A DNA stretch of 64,000 nucleotides from Haliotis cracherodii (lineage: Eukaryota), in the NCBI RefSeq assembly GCF_022045235.1, contig NW_027266274.1, forward strand, positions 4,340,001-4,404,000. The letters run 5' to 3'. Shown here one piece after another: positions 39,801-48,800 of this stretch; the first letter of the stretch is position 1, and every line of letters starts with the position of its first letter. The notes beneath the pieces were generated by a model that saw only the letters and a list, made by a program, of their open reading frames with translations, did no database searches and was not told the origin of the DNA. The position numbers and the translations under genes are program-made.

Positions 39801-42800
39801 GTTCAGGTAGAGCCTCACATTACAGTATTACAGTATTACAGTATGACTATGATGAGTATCATGCAACTGTGTCACACAGTATCGATACTTATGTGCACAG
39901 CATTCACAGCAGTTGTTCTTATCATTGCATATAATGGGGCTGTCATGGAATAATATTTTTAATATTTTCAATGTTGATATTGATGGAAGTTCTAACATAT
40001 GCTTTAGGCGCATGATGAGCATGGATGATGATGCAGCCTATATATATATATGGTATAAATAAGTCCTTAGCATCTCCAAAGACTAAAATCTGTTGGCACA
40101 CAAATGTACTTTGAAATGTGTCCCTAGTCATATCATTAATCAAGATATACATGATATAGATATTTTAGGATATTAATTTCACAGAATTCAATCAATGAGA
40201 GTCCTAACAGCATTTCATTTCATGACTGTACTCTTTAAAGCTGAATATTATTTGGTAGTTATTCCTTGGCATATGTTCCATGATTTTCTTTCTGTTCTGA
40301 GCATGGTCTGTTTGATGAGTTTGGATAATTAGCTTTTCTTATTACTTTTGTTTTATAGAGACCACAGTCAACATACACGGTGAACTTGCTTTCACATCTT
40401 CACTGCTTAACATGTTCAACTAACCATGTGTCCAGCTAGACATGTAGATGTAGTTGCTTCCCACTCAAATAACGTGTCATGTCCGAAGTGTGTGTCCTTG
40501 TCCTAAATGTATTAATAAGTGTCTTTATATTTCTGATATTAACCATATTTACTGTAATGGACTTTGTGCCGAGTTCTGCTGTCCCCTGGGACATTGCTGA
40601 CCCAGTGGTGCTGCAGTGCAGTGTGGATACCCAGGGGCTGCGCGAGTACGTTCCCTGGTCAGCTGTTTCCAGCCGTGACATGCTGGAATAGGGCTGACCA
40701 CACCATCTACACTCACACACTCACACACTCACAGAGCCATGTTTGCTCACTTATCAAGCACTGATAACAGGCCTTGTGTTTTGTTGTACTTACATTGCTC
40801 TGGTTTGTCATTGTGATTACTGGAGCATCGTCCAGTTTAGCATTTTAGAGATTTCTTAAAGCCAGTTTGGTTTTAATAAATGGTTTGATTTAAATGCCAA
40901 AGGATAGAACTTTAAATTTTTCATTTATAGAATCAAACCGCTCAGATTTAATTATTTTGTGTAGTTACAAGATCTGGACCTTTATGTAGGATATTGAGGC
41001 TTCGATAAAAACAAATTAACATTCAAAGCTAGTATTTCTCAGGGACGGCAATGTTCAAGGATCTTCAGATTGGAAAGCCATGTGGTCAGTTTCTGTAAAT
41101 TGTGCCCTGTGATCAACCCTTTCAGACCCCGACAGTACTGATGTCTGTTCTGGGCAAGGATTAACATCTTTTCCACAAGTATTGAGTCATAACAACATAC
41201 ATACAAAAATACACCACAGTGTTTGGCATATTTAGAAGACTGCTTTTGTTACCAATCACGTTGTGCTGTTCTCTGGTATGTTTTGATTTAAATAGTTTGA
41301 TTTAAATGAGTTTATTTTCCCTCAGCTAGTTTTGTATATATTGACTGTTTAGCTTTTAGGCTGTTGCTGCTATGCCCACTGCCGGCATTTTACTTCAACA
41401 TTTTATGGGTATGAAAAAATAATAGCGAAAGAGGAGGGCTCGCCAAAGCATATCACAACTATACTTGAACACTGAACATTAATTAGGGACTGATCATATA
41501 TTATAGGGAGGGTGGGGTCATGGAAAACTGTTACCAGTAGATGTATTTGGGGGAAGGCATGAAAAAATGTAACATAAAATATTCAGATCATTAAATATGA
41601 TACAGCCCTAAACAAATCTCCCCTATAACCCAAAATGTTAATTATGGACAATAGAATGATGTTCAGGGATGGAAATCCATCTATTTATTATGGCCTCATC
41701 ATGTCTTGTTGGTAAATATCAGATTGTGAGTGATATTCATTTGCAGCTTAGGCACACAGTTTTTATATTTTGATTCACAGGCCCGCTGCCCCTACTGAAA
41801 AGCATTCAAAAAAGACATAAATTAGACATATAAGTATCCTGCTACTAATGTTGATCCTTAATAAAAAATGTTATATATAAATTCCATGTCTACATCACCA
41901 TAGGTGATTCCAAAAGTCAGCTGCAGTTTTAACTCCACGTTAGAATGATTTTCAAATATATAAGTTAATAAACAAACAAACAAACACAATTAAATAAAAA
42001 ATTGACATAGCTGTGTATTTTTGTTCCGACCAACCTTGTGTGGAAAAACTGGAATAAATCCATGAAGCAAAGTTTAAATAGTGTGGCCTTACATGGCATT
42101 TGAATTCTTAGAGCCAGCAAGTTTCTCAATATTTGTACTGGCTTGGTCCTGATCTGTTAGTGAGGGGAATGAAATGTGTTGATCCGAGGATCCATGTTGG
42201 GATCCATGTGTGCTGAGTGGTTGTGTGACGTGTGTTTTCCTTGTTGTAGGTCTCGCTGATATTTCTTCAAAACATGAACCTGCTCCTTGGCAAGACACCC
42301 CAACAAGACATCAAGACTCAGATCCTGCCCATGATATACCGGGCGCTAGAGGTGGACAACCCACAGATACAGGTGACCAGCAGACAGGCCCCCTAAAGTC
42401 CTATGACTAAACGTAATCAGATCATTGTGTGGAGCTCACCCGGCAACATACCAACAAATAAAACCTTGGCATGCAGGGTGTGGGCAAGCAGTCAAAAGTG
42501 CCTGGCTAGCAAGTGCCAGGTGCTGAGGTCGTATCCGGCTAGTGACTGGGGTGTTATTCAGCCCTGAGACCAACAATGTTTACAGGTCTTTACAGTGTTG
42601 TCACTACCCACAGTGTACTGAGGTCGTATCCGGCTAGTGACTGGGGTGTTATTCAGCCCTGAGACCAACAATGTTTACAGGTCTTTACAGTGTTGTCACT
42701 ACCCACAGTGTACTGAGGTCGTATCCGGCTAGTGACTGGGGTGTTATTCAGCCCTGAGACCAACAATGTTTACAGGTCTTTACAGTGTTGTCACTACCCA

Positions 42801-45800
42801 CAGTGTACTGAGGTCGTATCCGGCTAGTGACTGGGGTGTTATTCAGCCCTGAGACCAACAATGTTTACAGGTCTTTACAGTGTTGTCACAACCCCTAGTG
42901 TACATTACGTACTTAGTGTACTTGTGGTGTCTTAGTTCAAATGTATGGGCGGCCATTCGGTCAAAAAATACAAAGTTGAAAAAAAGGACAAAAGTACACA
43001 ATTAAGGTTAAATATGACGAATAAAGAACTAAATGTTACTACTACAGGTCAAAATACAATATTAATAGTCAAATGTTACGAAAAGACGTCATAAGAAAAG
43101 AAAGAACTATGTGTACGAAAGAACGTCAGTGAGCACGAAAGGACGTTTTCAATAAAGAACGTCAGTGAGCACGAAAGGAAGTTTTCAATAAAGAACGTCC
43201 GTGAACACTAAAGGACGTTGACAATAAAGAACGCCAGATGGCGCTGCAATTTGTAAAACATTCCGAGTTTAATCGGCTTATTCCGCCGTGTATAGTATAT
43301 GATATCTGCATGCCAAGGTGCACAATGTATTACGTCATTCCTCGTGCACTCATACATTGTGCACCTCGGCATGCAGTTATCATATACTATACACGGCGGA
43401 ATAAGTCTTTTCGTAACATTTGACTATTAATATTGTATTTTGACCTTTAGCAGTAACATTTAGTTCTTTATTCGTAATATTTGACCTTAATTGCGTACTT
43501 TTGTCCTTTTTTTCAACTTTATATTTTTTTACCGAATGGCCGCCCATACAAATGTGCCCCTCTTTCCCCAGCAGGGAATGGGTACCCGATATGTGAGGTG
43601 GATGTAAAAACCTTCTAGCACCCCTAGTCAGCTTGGGTTGTGTACTCCCCAGGGAGTATATAATGGTAAAACTGGAATGCAAACAGATCCACTAGTCGGG
43701 GAACACATAAAACCACATTCGTGCAGATACTATACCTGGTAACCAGCGGTATATAAATATATATAAATTAAATATAAAAAAATCTCAGTTTGATGTAAAT
43801 GTTGTCAAATTGTAAATGATAAACATGGCGGTAAGATGTTGTTGCCTGTTCATGAGTATGGTCGCCAGTTGGCTCTAGGCACACAGCCACACACAGTCAA
43901 CATCACACCGTATTCCCCTCATTTAAAGTCTGCTTCTTTAGTACGTTATGTTCAGATAATTCGTCAAATCTTTGAAACTTGATTTATTAGTTGCCTGTGA
44001 AGAGATCACCCATTTAATAAACATACAGCTGAATTACACATTGTAATGTATTGCACATTGTGTAATACCAAAGCGTGTGCTTATGTACTGAGGGAAAAAG
44101 TTTCACTTACAAGTTTTGACCCGTGAAGATCCGGGAAAGAATAGGTCTTCAGCAACCCATGCTTGCCATAAAAGGCGGCTATGCTTGTCGTAAGAGGCAA
44201 CTAGTGTTTGATGCATGTCATCGATCCTAATTGCGTGGATCAATGTTCATGAGGTCAATCACTGGATTGTCTAGTCCAGACTTGATTATTTACAGACCGC
44301 CGTCATATAGCTGGAATATTGCTGAGTGTGACGTTAAACAACAAACCAACAAACACTAACAAGTGTTGAAAACTCCCAACATCCCTCGGCTTATTGCATG
44401 TAGAGATGACAGAACACAGAGAGGAGCTTATGCACGCTCGATGACCCCAGCAACCCTGTTGCTAGGCTGACAGCACATAGTATTGTTTCGCCGGTGTATC
44501 TTGCAACAAAATTCCACAAATTATGTCATAGGGTATTGTGACGTTATTGTTTCACATGGTGATTGTAGGTCAATGACAGTCGCAAGTCTATGTTAAAGTA
44601 TTGGAGTTATGATAACCTAAGCGCTACGACATCTTTATGGAACTGACCCCTGAATTCTGAAGGTGAAGGCCTTTGTATGGTATTAAATACATATGTGTCA
44701 GCTTTTGACGTTTTTGAAGTATTATTCTATTAAACTCATTTGGATTATGCTGTGGATCATGTAGATGTCTGCCTATTCACACACGACTGTGAAATTTTAG
44801 AATAGTTATAAACGGCAAGTAATAATGAAAATACTAAACAAGTTTTCGTGTAATACCAATTAATGAAACTCGTGAATAGTTCTGGTATTACACAGGAGCT
44901 CGTTTAGCGTTCTATACCCGGTATGTATTACTTATCATTAAGAGATTCTGTGTAGCTTCATTCCACTGTCTCCAACAGCTTTGGATTTATCTTGCTGACA
45001 ACAAGGAATAAATTGCTGAAAAATGTGACCGGATAGAATGACAGTATAGCGCTGCCAGGGTGTACGAGCTGAGAAGTATTTCAAATGTTTCTGATTGCTT
45101 GCAGGAGCTGTGCCTGAACATTGTGCCTACATTTGCTGAGATGATCGAATATTCCTCCCTGAAGAATGCAATAGTCCCCAGGATAAAGAAACTCTGTCAG
45201 GCAACCAGCACCTTAACAGTGAGTGTGGAGGAAACCATGGGCACAGTCACTTGTGTGCCATTGTTGTTGGAGGATTGGAATCCCAGATTCACCCTGATTA
45301 TGATCCTTGGATTGTCAGCACAATACCCATAATTAAGGTTGACAATAAATATCGGTTTTGAGAATTTTCCTCTCTGTAAGTGACCAACCATTTGATATTC
45401 TTGTGGAGGGAGGGGGGATTTTGAAAAATATAATTATGCTTCGGACTGATGGAAAAAAAGAAATTGCCTGCCCAAAAAAGTACATTGCTGCAAGGTGTTT
45501 TTCCTTAACAAAAATTTCAGACTCATAGTTTTACATAAAAAAGATATCTGGTTTTCTAGCTGTAGTTGAAAAAATATCCAACCACGATACAAAATCCCAG
45601 GTACCCCCTAGAATGTTAAATGCTCAGCCCCTAAGCCTACACATAGCAATTTTGTTCAGACCAGCATTAAGCCAACTTGCTTGCTGGATATGAAACATTT
45701 ATTTAAGAATTGACTTCATTTTGCTTTGTTATGGAGGTATACTAATCACTTGCCATCTATTTATATGATATTGAATGGTGGTACAGCAGTCCGAGTTCTC

Positions 45801-48800
45801 AGGCGTGTTAAAGTGTCAATATCTGTGATATTCAGTCAATGTATGTGATGCTACTGAGGGCCCTGAGACTGTGTGGTTGGTGTGTACAGATCCGTGTGAA
45901 CTGCCTGCTGTGTCTGGGCAAGCTGCTGGAGTACATGGACCGGTGGTACGTCCTGGACGAGATCCTCCCTTTCCTCCCACAGATACCCTCCAGAGAACCC
46001 GCGGTCCTCATGAGCATACTAGGTGAGAGGTCACTGCCATGTTGGTTTGATATCTACAGTAGTACTCCGGGGGCAATCAAACTATACTCTAATAATCACT
46101 CTGGTAATTTGAGGGGTCATTATTTTATAGATTTGTATACCATACCCATTTAAAGAAACATAGTTTTCACTGCAACAAAATATCCTAAAGATATTTCATG
46201 ATCCCTAACTTTGTTTGTTCAGTATATGTTGTCAGTGATAGTGAATGTGTCATGGATGATTTGACAGCTAGATGATGCATTTAGCACATCAAGATTACTT
46301 ACCTTGGTATCACAATGAGATATTCTCGGTTAAGTTCACTTAACTGCATTTGATAGGTTTCAGGTTTGTGATAGCATAATCATATCATTGTAACATATCA
46401 TGGATACATGAAGTTTATACCTTATCTGCCAGTGGGGGATATTAGAGCAAATGACCCATTCTGTACCCAAGTATCTTGCTGTTACGGAAGGTAATACATT
46501 CTTGTTTATTTACCATTCTGTGTGGTGGTGCAGGTATATACAAGGTGACCATGGGCCATGCCAAGCTGGGAATGACCAAGGACATGCTGGCCAACAAAGT
46601 GATCCCTTTCCTGGTGCCCCTGTGTATTGATAACAACCTCAACCTCAGCCAGGTTAGTGGAACACAGCAGGAGAATAGGTGTCCCTACAAGGCAGGCTTT
46701 GTTACAGCTTGGATGATTAACAGGGAGGTATCCAATGAACAAGGAGGTATTCAATTAACAGAGAGGTATTCAATGAACAGGGAGGTATCCAAAGATCCAA
46801 TGAACAGGGAGGTATTGAATGAACAGGGAGGTATTGAATGAACAGAGAGGTATCCAATGTACAGGGAGGTATTCAATTAACAGAGAGGTATCCAATGAAC
46901 AGGGAGGTATCCAAAGATCCAATGAACAGGGAGGTATTGAATGAACAGGGAGGTATTGAATGAACAGAGAGGTATCCAATGAACAGGGAGGTATTCAATT
47001 AACAGAGAGGTATCCAATGAACAAGGAGGTATTCAATTAACAGAGGTATCCAATGAACAGAGAGGTATCCAATGAACAGGGAGGTGTTGAATGAACAGGG
47101 AGGCATCCAATGAACAGGGAGGTATTGAATGAACAGAGAGGTATCCAATGAACAGGGAGATATCCAAAGATCCAATGAACAGGGAGGTATTGAATGAACA
47201 GGGAGGTATTGAAAGAACAGGGAGGTATCCAAAGATCCAATGAACAGGGAGGTATTGAATGAACAGAGAGGTGTCCAATGAACAGGGAGGTATCAAAGAT
47301 CCATTGAACAGGGAGGTATTGAATGAACAGAGAGGTATCCAAAGATCCAATGAACAGGGAGGTATTGAATGAACAGGGAGGCATCCAATGAACAGGGAAA
47401 TATCCAAAGATCCAATGAACAGGGAGGTATTGAATGAACAGAGAGGTATCCAATGAACAGGGAGGTATTGAATGAACAGAGAGGTATTGAATGAACAGAG
47501 AGGTATCCAATGAACAGGGAGGTATCCAAAGATCCAATGAACAGGGAGGTATTGAATGAACAGGGAGGTATTGAATGAACAGGGAGGTATCGAAAGATCC
47601 AATGAACAGGGAGGTATTGAATGAACAAGGAGGTATCCAAAGAGCCAATGAACAGGGAGGTATTGAATGAACAGAGAGGTATCCAATGAACAGGGAGGTA
47701 TCCAAAGATCCAATGAACAGGGAGGTATCAAATGAGCAGGAAGGTATCCAATGAACAGGGAGGCATTGAATGAACAGAGAGGTATCCAATGAACAGGGAG
47801 GTATCCAATGAGCAATGAGATATCCAATGAACAGGGAGGTATCCGATGCCCAGGGAGGTATCCGATGACCAGGGAGGTATCTGATGAGCAGGGACGTATC
47901 ATCTGTAAGGATTCTGGGTAAGAATTGGTTCTCAGCAACCGGTGCTTGTCATAAATGGCTCCTTTTTGGACGAAAAGGTCAATCTCGGTTGCTTGTTTGA
48001 CTGTGCGTGCCATCGTACCCTGGTCCAGACTTAATTATTTACAGGCCACCGTCACATAGGGGGAATTTGCAGCGCAGCGTTCAACAACAAACAAGGCTTT
48101 GCACGATCATGTAGAATGTACAAAAGGGATTTATACTTTGTAAAGCACTACTCCCATCTTGTCATCATGTCAGTGTCATGCTGATTATCCTCTTCAACCT
48201 TCTGTCTGATTGCAGTTCAATGCGTTTGTAGCCACAGTACGTGAAATGTTCGGCAAGGTCGAGAGTGAGCAGCGCACCAAGCTGGAGCAGCTGGACCAGA
48301 TGAAGCAAGAACAGAAGTAAGTGGGTCAGATGCTGCCACCACACCTCATCACATGTCACAGTCCTGTGGCTTTCCCAGTGTGGAACTTGTCCCAGTAATC
48401 TCACCGTGTCATAAGTGTTGACAAGAACGGGTAGTCAGGCTCTATGAATTGTGTGATTGCATGTTATTGTGATCGGATGGAATGGACTGTTGCGTCAGCA
48501 CCTTCCCATGTGTGAAGTGTTTTTATTATATGGTTTATGTTGTGTTTTGTTCACTGCAGGACTCTGGAGATCTCGAAGATCTCAAGTCAGGCAGACAAGA
48601 ACCTGATCCCTGATGTTGGGCAGCAGAAGAACCAGACGATGGTGAGATCTCTTGTCACTGAGGGGAACTGTGTGTGTCTATCAGAGCTTACAGGCACACA
48701 CAGTGTTCATGGTGATTTGTGTTTTAAGAATGTAATATATCCTCATGGATTGAACTCTTCAGTCAGATAATCAGTACTGGGTCTCTGCGGCATGAAGTAA

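Noticed and set aside
40479-40691. 70-aa ORF with a hydrophobic N-terminus
   Set aside because: Hydrophobicity follows from T-rich intron sequence; no support beyond the hairpins reported separately
46770-48013. Minus-strand ORFs up to 326 aa
   Set aside because: Minisatellite translations
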